A stretch of DNA of 63,933 bases, filler included, from Vicugna vicugna (Eukaryota): NCBI GenBank assembly GCA_013265495.1. It is 79 parts of 75 records of this genome, joined end to end, with 100 filler letters (N's around TTAATTAATTAA, not from the genome) between each part and the next. Parts side by side here need not be neighbours in the genome. Positions count along the whole stretch, not along the records: positions 12,225 to 13,041 come from PNXW01007290.1; positions 13,142 to 13,934 come from PNXW01007296.1; positions 14,035 to 14,482 come from PNXW01007297.1; positions 14,583 to 15,056 come from PNXW01007304.1; positions 15,157 to 15,952 come from PNXW01007305.1; positions 16,053 to 16,554 come from PNXW01007306.1; positions 16,655 to 17,116 come from PNXW01007307.1; positions 17,217 to 18,171 come from PNXW01007308.1; 71 more parts are not named here. One strand, 5' to 3'. Under the pieces are notes generated by a model that was not told the DNA's origin, made no database searches, and saw only the letters and a program-made list of their open reading frames with translations. This document shows positions 12,225 through 24,313 of this stretch, in pieces. Each line of letters begins with the position of its first letter. The stretch's first letter is position 1. A program made the translations under genes and the position numbers.

Positions 12225-13041
12225 ATTTAGAATATACAATGTTGAACACAGAATATAGAATAAAGAATATACAATATAGAACCCAGATTATAGAACATGG
12301 AATGCAGAACACAGAATTTAGAATATAGAATATAGAATACTGAATATAGAATATAGAATATAGAATGTAGAACACAAAATAAAGAATAGAGAATAGAGAA
12401 TAAAGAACCCAGAAATCAGAACATGGAATGCATAACACAGAATTTAGAATAAACAGAATGCAGAACACAGAATATAGAATATAGAATACAGAATAATGAA
12501 TATAGAATTTACAGTATAGAATGTAGAACACAGAATATAGAATAGAGAATAGAGAAAAGAGAACCCAGAATGTAGAACATGGAATGCAGAACACAAAATT
12601 TAGAATATAGAATACAGATTAATGAATATAGAATTTACAGTATAGAATGTAGAACACAGAAAATAGAATATAGCATACGGAAAGCAGAATACAGAATTTA
12701 GAATATAGAACGTAGAACACATAGTACAGAATATGGAAAACCGAATAAAAAACCCAGAATTGAGAAAATGGAATGCAGAAAACAGAATTTAGAATATAGA
12801 AAACAGAATACTGAATATAGAATTTAGAATATAGAATGTAGAACATAGAATAAGGAATATAGAATACGGAATGCAGAATTTTGAATACAGAATATCGAAT
12901 TTAGAACACAGAATGTAGAATATGGAATACAGAATATAGAAACCAGAATTTAGAACATGGAATACAGAACACAGAATTTAGAATATAGAGTATAGTATAC
13001 GGAATAGTGAATTTAGAATATAGAATGTAGAACACAGAATA
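12225..13041 (+). repeat. Satellite family E (7-bp AGAATAT-type units)
   Basis: Continuous heptamers agaatat/agaacac/agaattt/ggaatgc. Confidence 0.95.
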
Positions 13042-13141
13042 NNNNNNNNNNNNNNNNNNNNNNNNNNNNNNNNNNNNNNNNNNNNTTAATTAATTAANNN
13101 NNNNNNNNNNNNNNNNNNNNNNNNNNNNNNNNNNNNNNNNN

Positions 13142-13934
13142 GTAACTTGAAGGGAACATAAAATTTCAATACAGTTGCAAACTCCAGTCCTTACATATAT
13201 ATGTGTAGGAACAAACTTCAACTCGGTTTTACAGTGCAAACGGCAGGAACTTCCAACCGGCACTAGGAAACAGACTGAGAAACCAGAGTAAGTGTTTTTC
13301 CTGCAACCCGTTCCCTTTGTGCTGGATGAACGAACGTCTCTCCACATGCTCAGTTCTGAGAGAAGCCGTCCTTCACTTATCTTGAAGGGAACACAAAGTT
13401 CTTTTCAGTTGCAAACTCCACACCATACATTTAAATGGGGAGGTACAAGCTCCAAATCGGTTTTACAGTGCAAACCGCAGGAACTTCAAACCCGCACTAG
13501 GAAACAGACTGAGAATCCAGAGTAAGTGTTTCTCCTACAATCCGTTCCCTTTGTGCTGGATGAAAGAACTTCTTTCCACACGCTCTGATCTGAGAGATAA
13601 CTGTGTGTGAAAGCCGTACTTCACCTAGCTTGAAGGGGACACCAAGTTTCTTTTCAGTTGCAAATTCCTCTCCATACATATATATGGGGAGGAACATGGT
13701 CCAACTCGGTTTTACACTGCAAACCGCAGGAACTTCAAACCGGCACTAGGAAACAGACTGAGAATCCAGAGTAAGTGTTTCTCCTACAATCCGTTCCCTT
13801 TGTGCTGGATGAAAGAACGTCTTCCCACACGCTCAGATCTGAGAGATAACTGTGTGTGAAAGCGGTCATTCACCTTGCTTGAAGGGAAAACAAATTTTCT
13901 TGTCAGTTGCAAACTCCACTCCATACATATATAT
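13142..13934 (+). repeat. Satellite family D
   Basis: cactaggaaacagactgaga at 13261, 13495 and 13744 (234 bp with a deletion, then 249 bp). Confidence 0.92.
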
Positions 13935-14396
13935 NNNNNNNNNNNNNNNNNNNNNNNNNNNNNNNNNNNNNNNNNNNNTTAATTAATTAANNNNNNNNNN
14001 NNNNNNNNNNNNNNNNNNNNNNNNNNNNNNNNNNTAGGAGATCCTTTTTAATAGCCAGAGAATTCACTCATAAATATATCGATTAATGTATTTATGCAAG
14101 AACATTTTTAAAGATTTTTTATTATAAAAATTTACCCCCGAATATTGAGAATGAAAGAACAGTGGAATTAAGAACATCTGTACCTTAATTATACATAAAG
14201 AATCTTAAAATCCTTCTAAACTTTTTTTTGTTCAAATGGAGATATTTTTCCCTTCCAAAAAGGAAAATTACTATTTCACTTTTTTTGCATTTTCCTTTTA
14301 TTATATATTCCATATAAATAAATATAATTCTTTTAAATCCCTTTTAATGGCAGTATAACACTATATTGAACAGATATGTAAATAGTCCTAGGTTTC

Positions 14397-14472
14397 ACCA
14401 ATTTAAAAAATTGCCATTACAATACCACTGCAAAACCAATTTAAAAAATTGCCATTACAATACCACTGCAAA
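14397..14472 (+). repeat. Perfect 38-bp tandem duplication
   Basis: accaatttaaaaaattgccattacaataccactgcaaa twice. Confidence 0.9.
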
Positions 14473-14582
14473 GAATATTTTGNNNNNNNNNNNNNNNNNN
14501 NNNNNNNNNNNNNNNNNNNNNNNNNNTTAATTAATTAANNNNNNNNNNNNNNNNNNNNNNNNNNNNNNNNNNNNNNNNNNNN

Positions 14583-15056
14583 AGCAATCCCACTCCTGGG
14601 TATATAAAACATAAAACCTGAAAACAAGGAATCCTAGTGTAAAATATAAGTACACTCTGACATTGGACTTAATTTGATTCTACATATGTCTCCTCTGGCA
14701 AAGGAAGCAGAAGCAAAACTTACAAAATATGATTGTATCACTCTAAACAGATTTACACTAAAGAAAAAATGATCAATAAAATGAAAAGTCAACCAACACA
14801 TTGGAAGAATATATTTGCATGTGATATTTTCCAATCAAGTGTTAATATGCAAATATATGGCAAATTCATACACCTAAACAACAAAAATGACCAAACAATC
14901 CAATTAAATAAAATTTCCGTAGGAACTGAATAGATAGATCTGAATCAATTTTTTGTAGAAAACAAACAGTTGACTAAATGACACATTAAAATATGTTCAG
15001 AGTTATAAATCATAAGGAAAGTCATAAACCAAAAATGAGACAAGACCTCACACTTG
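14583..15056 (+). mobile_element. Decayed LINE-1 ORF2 C-terminal fragment
   Basis: Translates to KMKSQPTHWKNIFA (L1 ORF2 consensus-like KMKRQPTEWEKIFA); agcaatcccactcctgggtatata. Confidence 0.8.
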
Positions 15057-15156
15057 NNNNNNNNNNNNNNNNNNNNNNNNNNNNNNNNNNNNNNNNNNNN
15101 TTAATTAATTAANNNNNNNNNNNNNNNNNNNNNNNNNNNNNNNNNNNNNNNNNNNN

Positions 15157-15952
15157 GAGCCTCCCCACACTCAGGATACCAGAAAATTTCTTCATGTGTG
15201 TTGGAGTTTGGGAAAAAAAGTCCACGTTTATTTATTGGATCTCAGGTGTTCCCAGGTTGGGCATGTAGGTAAACACTTCCACTGCTCATAGAGAGGCACT
15301 CGATATTATTATGGTTTAGTGCCCAACCCCACCTTAACTCATATCGCTGCCAAAGGAAACAATCAGGGATGTCAATCCAAGAGATTCTATTAGATCCCAG
15401 GTGCTGCCGTCAGTTTGAGGAGCCTTCCCACACTTAGGATAGCCGAAGAGTTCTTTTTGTTTGTGCTGGAGTTGGGGAAACAGATCTACACATCTTGCAA
15501 GGGGCACAGGTATTCACAGGTTGTGGATTGCAGTTTAAAGACCTCCATATCCCGTGGAGAGGCACTCGATTGTACTTGTTTGTCGAGGCTGAACCCCACA
15601 TTCCCCCGCACTCTGGCATAGACAAGTCATCAGGGAAGGCAAACTTAGGGATTGTATTAGAACCCAGTCGCTGTTGTCAGTTGGAGAATCTTCCCCACAC
15701 TCAGGATACAGCCTTTAGTGTGGGGGATGTGTGGAGACCCACCCCACGCAGAAGAATGGGGGCACAGGTGTTCCACGTTAGGGAGAATTCCTCGAAATAT
15801 TTCCTCAGTCCATTGGAGGCACTCGATGCTACTTGGCCTCCAATCCCAAAACCCAGCTTTCCCTTGCAGTCCGGCGTAGGGAAACACACAGGAAACACAA
15901 GCTAAACGGTGTTATTGGAACCCAGGCACTGCTGTCATTTGGAAGATCTTCC
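15157..15952 (+). repeat. Satellite family B
   Basis: About 3 diverged monomers; 15157-15560 closely matches 48640-49032. Confidence 0.9.
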
Positions 15953-16052
15953 NNNNNNNNNNNNNNNNNNNNNNNNNNNNNNNNNNNNNNNNNNNNTTAA
16001 TTAATTAANNNNNNNNNNNNNNNNNNNNNNNNNNNNNNNNNNNNNNNNNNNN

Positions 16053-16554
16053 ACCTTCCCTGACTTGGGGAGGAAGCCTCTGTCACTGGGATATCCTTTA
16101 AACCACCCTAGCATTCTCTGGCACAGAGACATTAGGAAAACCCTCAGGGGAGACGAGCTTAGGCTTTCCGTTAGAACCCACGCGCTGCCGACTTTTGGTG
16201 GATCCTCCCCACGCTCAGGATTCCGGAACCATTCTCAGTGCATGGGGGACCTCGAGAGACAACTCCACGTAGCTCTCTTTAGTCACAGGTGTTCCCTGTT
16301 CGGGGAAGTCCGAGAAAAATATTCCCTGAACTTGGGGATGCAGCCTCTGTCACTGGGACATCCTGCAAACCCACCTAGCATTCCCTTGCACAGAGACATT
16401 AGGAAAATCCTTAGGGGAGACGAGCAATTAGAACCCACGCGCTGCCGACCGTTGGTGGAACCTCCCCACGCTCAGGATTCCGAGACCATTGTCATTCCGT
16501 TGGGAAGCACGAGAGACAACTCCACGCAGCTCTCTTGTGTCACAGGTGTTCCCT
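16053..16554 (+). repeat. Satellite family A
   Basis: Two monomers, the second with a ~10-nt deletion near 16425. Confidence 0.92.
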
Positions 16555-16714
16555 NNNNNNNNNNNNNNNNNNNNNNNNNNNNNNNNNNNNNNNNNNNNTT
16601 AATTAATTAANNNNNNNNNNNNNNNNNNNNNNNNNNNNNNNNNNNNNNNNNNNNATCAGGAATGTTTAATTGGTAGACTTGTCTCTCATTTTCATGAAAC
16701 AAAATAATTTTATT

Positions 16715-16850
16715 ATTGTTCAGTGCCTACTGTCTGGCAATGAGGTAGCCCCTTTGCATATAGTTTTATCATTTAATCTCTACAGAGAGTCCTAGGAGAA
16801 TACACGTGTCACAGGTGAGGGAACCAAGAACATCCAGGGTATGTGGCAGG
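16715..16850. mobile_element. MIR SINE remnant
   Basis: tcatttaatctctacag...acaggtgagggaacc resembles the MIR core. Confidence 0.5.
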
Positions 16851-17216
16851 AAGGCAGATGGGCTGGAGGGCTTACAGGGCTTACCTTCCTTCAGGCTGAG
16901 ACAGAGACACCAAGATTTATTGACAAGCATTTTGCTGAAGTGGTTTACTTAATACCTTGCTTCCTTCATGAAGTGGTTCCCTTGAAATTGTTTATGTCTG
17001 GCTTATCTTCCCCTCTCTCCTCTGCCTCATGACTTCTCATAAGTAGAATGAATTCAGCCTGAACTAATTCAGTAAAACCAGAAAACGTAAAATTAGCCTA
17101 CACAAATGTCTGGTTANNNNNNNNNNNNNNNNNNNNNNNNNNNNNNNNNNNNNNNNNNNNTTAATTAATTAANNNNNNNNNNNNNNNNNNNNNNNNNNNN
17201 NNNNNNNNNNNNNNNN

Positions 17217-18171
17217 TTGAGTGTGGGGAGGATCTTCCAACTTACAGCAGCACCTGGGATACTAAAGTATCCTTCTGCTTGACTTCCCTGAGTGTGTTCC
17301 TACGCCGCGCTGTGAGCAATCGTGGGGGTTGGGCTCTAAAACCAAGTGTTATCGAGTGCATCTCTATGGGCATTATAGGTGTTAAATAACATCCCTAACC
17401 TGTGAACAACTCTGCCCGCATAAATTTGCGTGGACTCAATTTCCCCACATCCAGTACAACACACAGACTTTTTAAGGTATCCTGATTGAGGGGAGGCTCT
17501 TCCAAATGACAGCAGTGCCTTGGTTCTAATAGTATCCCTTACCTTGTCTTCCCTGATGGCATGCCTAGGCCGGAGTGCGGGAGAAAGTGGGGTTTGTGCT
17601 CTAAATCCAAGTAATATGGAGTGCTTCCCCATGAGATTTTGAGTCATTTACATAAAACCCCAAAACTGGGAATAACTAAGCCCTCTCAAATATGTGTGGA
17701 CTCTGCATCCCCACCTCCAGCACACACATGAAAAAGAGTTCTGATATTCTCAGTGTTGGGTGACTCCTCAAAGTGACAGCAGCACCTGGGATCTAGTTCA
17801 ATCCCTTTGCTTCATTTCCTTGAGTGTTTTCCATGCCGGGTTGTGAGCTAAGGTGGGCGTTGGGGTTTAAATCAAAGTATTAGCGAGTGCCTATCTATGG
17901 GCAATGAGGTGTTTAAACAACATCCAAAACCTGGAAACACATGTGACCCCTGAAATATGCGTGGAACCTGTTCCCCACTTCCAGCAAAAACACGAAGAAT
18001 TCTTCTGATATCCTGAATGTGGGTAGGCTCCTCCAACTGACAGCAGCACCTGGGATTTAATAGAATCCCTTCCCTTGTATTCCCTGAGTGTTTACCTTGG
18101 CCAGGCTGTGAGGAAAAGGTGGGGGATAGGCTTGATGTCCAATGAGCATGGAGTGCCCCCTGACAGACTGA
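17217..18171 (-). repeat. Satellite family B
   Basis: acagcagcacctgggat-type motif about every 267 bp. Confidence 0.88.
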
Positions 18172-18271
18172 NNNNNNNNNNNNNNNNNNNNNNNNNNNNN
18201 NNNNNNNNNNNNNNNTTAATTAATTAANNNNNNNNNNNNNNNNNNNNNNNNNNNNNNNNNNNNNNNNNNNN

Positions 18272-18790
18272 CGGAGTGCTGGGGAAAGGTTGGGTTGGGC
18301 TCTAAATCCAAGTATTGGCGAGTGATTCTCCATGGGACTTGGAGGTAATTAAACAAAAACCCACAACATGGGAATACCTGTGCTCCTTGAAAAATGCGTG
18401 GACTCTGTATCCCCAACCCCAGAACACACATGCAGAATTGTTCTGGTATCCTGAGTGTGGGGGCACTTTCAGGTGACAGAGGCGGCTGGGTTCTAATAGA
18501 ATCCCTTAGCTTGTAATCCCTGAGTGTTTCCTTAAGACTGACTCTGATAGAAACCTGGGGATTGGGCTTTGAGGCCAAATCGTAGCGAGTAAGCGAGTGC
18601 CCCCCGATGTGCTGAGGAAGTATTTAGCTGAATTCTCCATAAAGGGAAACACCTGAGCACCCATTCATCTGCATGGAGTGGGGCTTCATACCTCCCCACC
18701 ACACAAGGATGGGTTCCAGGTTCCTGACGGTGGGGTAGTTCCTCCTACTAACATCAGCGTCTTGGTTTTAATAGAATCCCTTTGCTTGTC
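18272..18790 (-). repeat. Satellite family B
   Basis: Aligns to 55028-55378 and 44758-45162. Confidence 0.9.
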
Positions 18791-19529
18791 NNNNNNNNNN
18801 NNNNNNNNNNNNNNNNNNNNNNNNNNNNNNNNNNTTAATTAATTAANNNNNNNNNNNNNNNNNNNNNNNNNNNNNNNNNNNNNNNNNNNNTCTTTTTCTT
18901 TTAAATGTTACTGGAAATGCACTGCCTTTTATAGTTACTGATATTACCAAGAGGAAGATGAAAACAAATATGCAAATGTCCTTTCTGTTTGATATCTTTC
19001 CTTTTATAGCTTTTAGTAGACTTGCTGCTTTAAAAAACCTGTGCTGTTTAAGGTCAGGGATTTATTCAGAATTTTTAAAACTTACAACTAATCTTAGATG
19101 AATCCCCAGATTAACACTCATGACTAAGTTTCCAGTGACTCAAATAAAAATATCATGTCTCATTTCAAAAGTTTGGGAAGTTCCAAAGGATCAAAATTTT
19201 TTGGTAATAATGATCATGAGGACCTGATGAGAACAAAGCAGAATAATTAGTGGTAGAAAGTGGAGATAATTTCTTCAATAAATGTTGGTGTATTTGAACA
19301 CAGTGTTTGGTTTGCTTAAAGACATTTGAGTTTGAATTATCCATCACAGTATTGACAAGACCCTGCACGTTTATGTGATTAGAACAACACACACCGAATT
19401 CATACTGAATCCTGTCAAGTCACTGCTCANNNNNNNNNNNNNNNNNNNNNNNNNNNNNNNNNNNNNNNNNNNNTTAATTAATTAANNNNNNNNNNNNNNN
19501 NNNNNNNNNNNNNNNNNNNNNNNNNNNNN

Positions 19530-20080
19530 TGAGCTGGTCCTGAGGGAGCGGGAAAGGGAGAGGAGGGCAGCCCCAGCCCCAGCTACTCGCTCTCGTCGGG
19601 TATGCAGACCCCGCCGGCCCGGGACACAACCCGCCCAAGGGCGGGGACTGGCCGGCAGCCAAGAAGAGGAAGCCCGAGAGGAGAGGACTCCTAGGTGGGA
19701 GAGAGGAAGGGGACGCCAGCCGAGGACTGAGGGGAGAACGGCTGGGGCGAGAGGCGACAGTTGCACACATGGCCCTGGACAGGTGTGGTCGGGGAGTCGG
19801 GGCAGGTGGCGCGGGCAGAGGGGCCTGGCCCGAGCAATTTAGCTGAACACGCTGACTCGTGCCCTCACTGGCTGTGACACGCGGACCGCCATCCCGCAGC
19901 CGCCTGAACCTTTCCCGGGAGCCCCCCACCTTGCACTACCACAGCCGGAGGCCCCGGCCCCGGGCAGGAGCTAAAGGCCTACCGGGCGACAGAGCTGAGA
20001 AGCCCTTGGGGCCGATCCCTGGCTCGGAGCTGGAGCTTCCAACCGGTGGTCCAGCTGGCACTGACTGTGAGTGCGCAGGA
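19530..20080. promoter_or_regulatory. CpG-island-like fragment, possible promoter or first exon of an unidentified gene
   Basis: High GC, many CpG, GC box gggcgggg near 19639; no recognisable protein. Confidence 0.5.
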
Positions 20081-20954
20081 GGGCCAGTGATCCTCTGGGT
20101 TCTGAGAGAGAAGCTGGGGATGTGAGGAAGGGAGAAGATGGGAGGAGGAGGGGAGGGGAAAAGTGGAGGAAGATAGATGGACAGAAGGTGCAGAGAAAAG
20201 GGAGGGATCTGGAGGGGGCAGGGGAGTAGTAGAGATGGAGAGAAAAAGATTTACCTCTGGGGGCACCCCAAAGGAGGAGGCAGTCCTGCCTCTGTACCCT
20301 TCTCTAACACTTCAAGGCCCACAGCTCAAATTTTACCTCCCTGGTCCAGCCCTCCAGCCAAGGCCTCTGTAGAACCCCTACGGGGATCACACCCGTTGCC
20401 CCCAANNNNNNNNNNNNNNNNNNNNNNNNNNNNNNNNNNNNNNNNNNNNNNNNNNNNNNNNNNNNNNNNNNNNNNNNNNNNNNNNNNNNNNNNNNNNNNN
20501 NNNNNNNNNNNNNNNNNNNNNNNNNNNNNNNNNNNNNNNNNNNNNNNNNNNNNNNNNNNNNNNNNNNNNNNNNNNNNNNNNNNNNNNNNNNNNNNNNNNN
20601 NNNNNNNNNNNNNNNNNNNNNNNNNNNNNNNNNNNNNNNNNNNNNNNNNNNNNNNNNNNNNNNNNNNNNNNNNNNNNNNNNNNNNNNNNNNNNNNNNNNN
20701 NNNNNNNNNNNNNNNNNNNNNNNNNNNNNNNNNNNNNNNNNNNNNNNNNNNNNNNNNNNNNNNNNNNNNNNNNNNNNNNNNNNNNNNNNNNNNNNNNNNN
20801 NNNNNNNNNNNNNNNNNNNNNNNNNNNNNNNNNNNNNNNNNNNNNNNNNNNNNNNNNNNNNNNNNNNNNNNNNNNNNNNNNNNNNNNNNNNNNNNNNNNN
20901 NNNNNNNNNNNNNNNNNNNNNNNNNNNNNNNNNNNNNNNNNNNNNNNNNNNNNN

Positions 20955-21065
20955 AATCCTTTGTTCTTGCAGCTATCCGCCTGAGTCAAATCTCTGTAAA
21001 CCTCCAGCAAAACAAACGTAATTTTCTATTCTGCAACTTGTTATCTTTTTATGAATGAAAAAGTG
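20955..21065. mobile_element. Possible ERV1-class LTR fragment
   Basis: ttgttcttgcagct...ctgtaaacctccagcaaaacaaacg..ttctattctgcaactt resembles mammalian ERV1 LTR text; by eye only. Confidence 0.35.
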
Positions 21066-21165
21066 NNNNNNNNNNNNNNNNNNNNNNNNNNNNNNNNNNN
21101 NNNNNNNNNTTAATTAATTAANNNNNNNNNNNNNNNNNNNNNNNNNNNNNNNNNNNNNNNNNNNN

Positions 21166-22082
21166 AATAGAATCCCTTAGCTTGACTTCCATAAGTGTTT
21201 TCCTAGGCCTCGCAGTAAGCGATGGATGGGGATGGGCTCTAAAGCCAAGTATTAGCGAGTGCATCTCTGTGGGTAGTGGAGGGTTTTAAACTACTTCCCC
21301 AACCTTGGAACACCTGTGCCCCATAAAGATGCGTGGAATCTGTTTCCCCACCTCCAGACGGAGACGTGCTCAGGTATCCTGATTGTGGGGAGGCTCCTCC
21401 AAATGCCAGCAGCGCCTGGGTTCTAAAAGAATCCCTTAGCTTGTCTTCCCTAATGGCATGCCTAGGCTGGAGAGTGGGGGAAAGTGGGGGTTGTGCTCTA
21501 AACCAAGTATTAGCGAGAGCCTATCAATGGGATGTGGGTTTTAACCTACAACCCACAACCATGGAATAAATGTGCCCCCTGAAAGATGCTTTGACTGTTT
21601 CCATACATCCAGCAAAAACGCGAAGAAGTGTTCTGGAATCCTGACTGTGGGGAATTTCCTCAAACTGACAGCAGCACCTGGATTCTATTAGTATCCCTTA
21701 GCTTCTGTTCCCTGAGTGTTCTTTTAGGCCAGGCCATGAGGGAAAGCTGGGGGTTGGGCTTGGAGGCCACGTAGCAGTGAGTGCCCCCTGATCCATTGAG
21801 GAAGTACTTAGAGGACTTGTCCCTAAACGGAACACCTTTTCCTCCATTCATCTGGGTGGAGTGGGGCTGCACATCTCTCCCACACCTAAGAATGTGTTCT
21901 GGAATTCTGAGTGCAGGGAAGTTCCTCCAACTGACAGCAGCGCCTGGGTTCTAATTGAATCCCTTTGCTTGTCTTCCCTGATGGAAAGCCTAGGCGGGAG
22001 TGCGGGGGACAGTCTGTTTTGGGCTCAGAATCCAAGAATTTGCGATGACCTCTCTATGGTTTTTGGAGGTGTTTAAACTACA
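21166..22082 (-). repeat. Satellite family B
   Basis: About 3.5 monomers; 21844-22082 overlaps 54619-54850. Confidence 0.9.
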
Positions 22083-22182
22083 NNNNNNNNNNNNNNNNNN
22101 NNNNNNNNNNNNNNNNNNNNNNNNNNTTAATTAATTAANNNNNNNNNNNNNNNNNNNNNNNNNNNNNNNNNNNNNNNNNNNN

Positions 22183-23368
22183 CATCCCTTCCTTGGAAAA
22201 CACTCAGGAAATATAACCTAAGGGATCATATTTGATCCCAGATGCTACTGTCATTTGGAGGAGCCTCCCCACAATCAGGATACCTGAGCACGTATCCGTG
22301 TGTGTGCTGGAGGTGGGGAAACAGATTCCACGCATCTTTATGGGGCACAGGTGTTCCAAGGTTGGGGAAGTAGTTTAAAACCCTCCACTACCCACAGAGA
22401 TGCACTCGCTAATACTTGTCTTTAGAGCCCATCCCCCAATATCACTTACTGCTAGGCCTAGGAAAACAGTTAGGGAAGTGAAGCTGAGGGATTCTATTAA
22501 ATCCCAGGTGCTGCTGTCTGCTGGAGGAACTTCCCCACTCTCAGAACCCAAGAACAATTCTTCCTCTGGGTGCTGGACGTGGGGAAACAGAGCACACGCA
22601 TTTTTCAGGGGTCACAGTAATCCCCAAGTTGTGGGTTGTAGTTTCAACATCTCCACTACCCATGGAGAGGCACACGCTAATACTTAGTTTTAGATCCCAA
22701 ATNNNNNNNNNNNNNNNNNNNNNNNNNNNNNNNNNNNNNNNNNNNNNNNNNNNNNNNNNNNNNNNNNNNNNNNNNNNNNNNNNNNNNNNNNNNNNNNNNN
22801 NNNNNNNNNNNNNNNNNNNNNNNNNNNNNNNNNNNNNNNNNNNNNNNNNNNNNNNNNNNNNNNNNNNNNNNNNNNNNNNNNNNNNNNNNNNNNNNNNNNN
22901 NNNNNNNNNNNNNNNNNNNNNNNNNNNNNNNNNNNNNNNNNNNNNNNNNNNNNNNNNNNNNNNNNNNNNNNNNNNNNNNNNNNNNNNNNTCAGGGATTAC
23001 AAGCTAAGGGATTCTATTAGAACCCAGCCGCTTCTGTCACCTGAAATTGCCAGCCCACACTCAGGATAGCAGAAAACTTCTTCATGTGTGTTCTGGTGGT
23101 GGGGATAAAGAGACCACGCTTTTTTCAAGGAGCACAGGTATTCCCATGTTGTGGGGTTTTGGTTAATAACCTCCAAATCCCATGGAGAAGAACTCGCTAA
23201 TACTTGGATATAAAGCCCAACCCACCCTTTCCAAAGCACTCCGTATCAGGCAACCAAACAGTGTAGACAAGTTAAGCGATTTTATAAGAACCAAGGCCCT
23301 GCTCTCAGTTGGAGGAGGCTGCCCACTCTCAGGATAACTGTGCAAGTGTTCGTGTGTGTGCTGGAGGT
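22183..23368 (+). repeat. Satellite family B (gapped)
   Basis: 22310-22420 matches the reverse complement of ~21245-21357; 22990-23368 matches the reverse complement of ~54904-55285. Confidence 0.9.
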
Positions 23369-23468
23369 NNNNNNNNNNNNNNNNNNNNNNNNNNNNNNNN
23401 NNNNNNNNNNNNTTAATTAATTAANNNNNNNNNNNNNNNNNNNNNNNNNNNNNNNNNNNNNNNNNNNN

Positions 23469-24213
23469 AGAACACAGTATAAAGAATATAGAATACAGAA
23501 TGCAGAATATATACTGGTGAATATTGAAGGAGTAACACAAAATATAGATAATAGAATAGAGAATATAGAAGCCAAAATTTAGAACATGGAATGCAGAACA
23601 CAGAATTTCGTATATAGAACACATAATACTGAATTTAGTATTTAGAACATAGAATGCGGAAAACAGATTTTAGAATATAGAATACAGAATACTGAATATA
23701 GAATTTAGAATATAGAATGAGGAACACAGNNNNNNNNNNNNNNNNNNNNNNNNNNNNNNNNNNNNNNNNNNNNNNNNNNNNNNNNNNNNNNNNNNNNNNN
23801 NNNNNNNNNNNNNNNNNNNNNNNNNNNNNNNNNNNNNNNNNNNNNNNNNNNNNNNNNNNNNNNNNNNNNNNNNNNNNNNNNNNNNNNNNNNNNNNNNNNN
23901 NNNNNNNNNNNNNNNNNNNNNNNNNNNNNNNNNNNNNNNNNNNNNNNNNNNNNNNNNNNNNNNNNNNNNNNNNNNNNNNNNNNNNNNNNNNNNNNNNNNN
24001 NNNNNNNNNNNNNNNNNNNNNNNNNNNNNNNNNNNNNNNNNNNNNNNNNNNNNNNNNNNNNNNNNNNNNNNNNNNNNNNNNNNNNNNNNNNNNNNNNNNN
24101 NNNNNNNNNNNNNNNNNNNNNNNNNNNNNNNNNNNNNNNNNNNNNNNNNNNNNNAGAATTTATAATAAAGAATACAGTATACTGAATATAGAGTTTAGAA
24201 TATAGAAAGTAAA
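23469..24213 (+). repeat. Satellite family E (gapped)
   Basis: Heptamer array. Confidence 0.92.
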
Positions 24214-24313
24214 NNNNNNNNNNNNNNNNNNNNNNNNNNNNNNNNNNNNNNNNNNNNTTAATTAATTAANNNNNNNNNNNNNNNNNNNNNNNNNNNNNNN
24301 NNNNNNNNNNNNN

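Noticed and set aside
12169..12846. Hydrophobic Y/S/I/F/L-rich ORFs (also 24700, 29455, 37623, 38482-39184, 41448) as membrane proteins
   Set aside because: They are translations of the pyrimidine strand of the 7-bp satellite, which is stop-poor by composition.
19474..20372. Pro/Arg/Gly-rich ORFs in the CpG island (also 48161-48557)
   Set aside because: Expected by chance in GC-rich DNA, occur on both strands, no recognisable homology.
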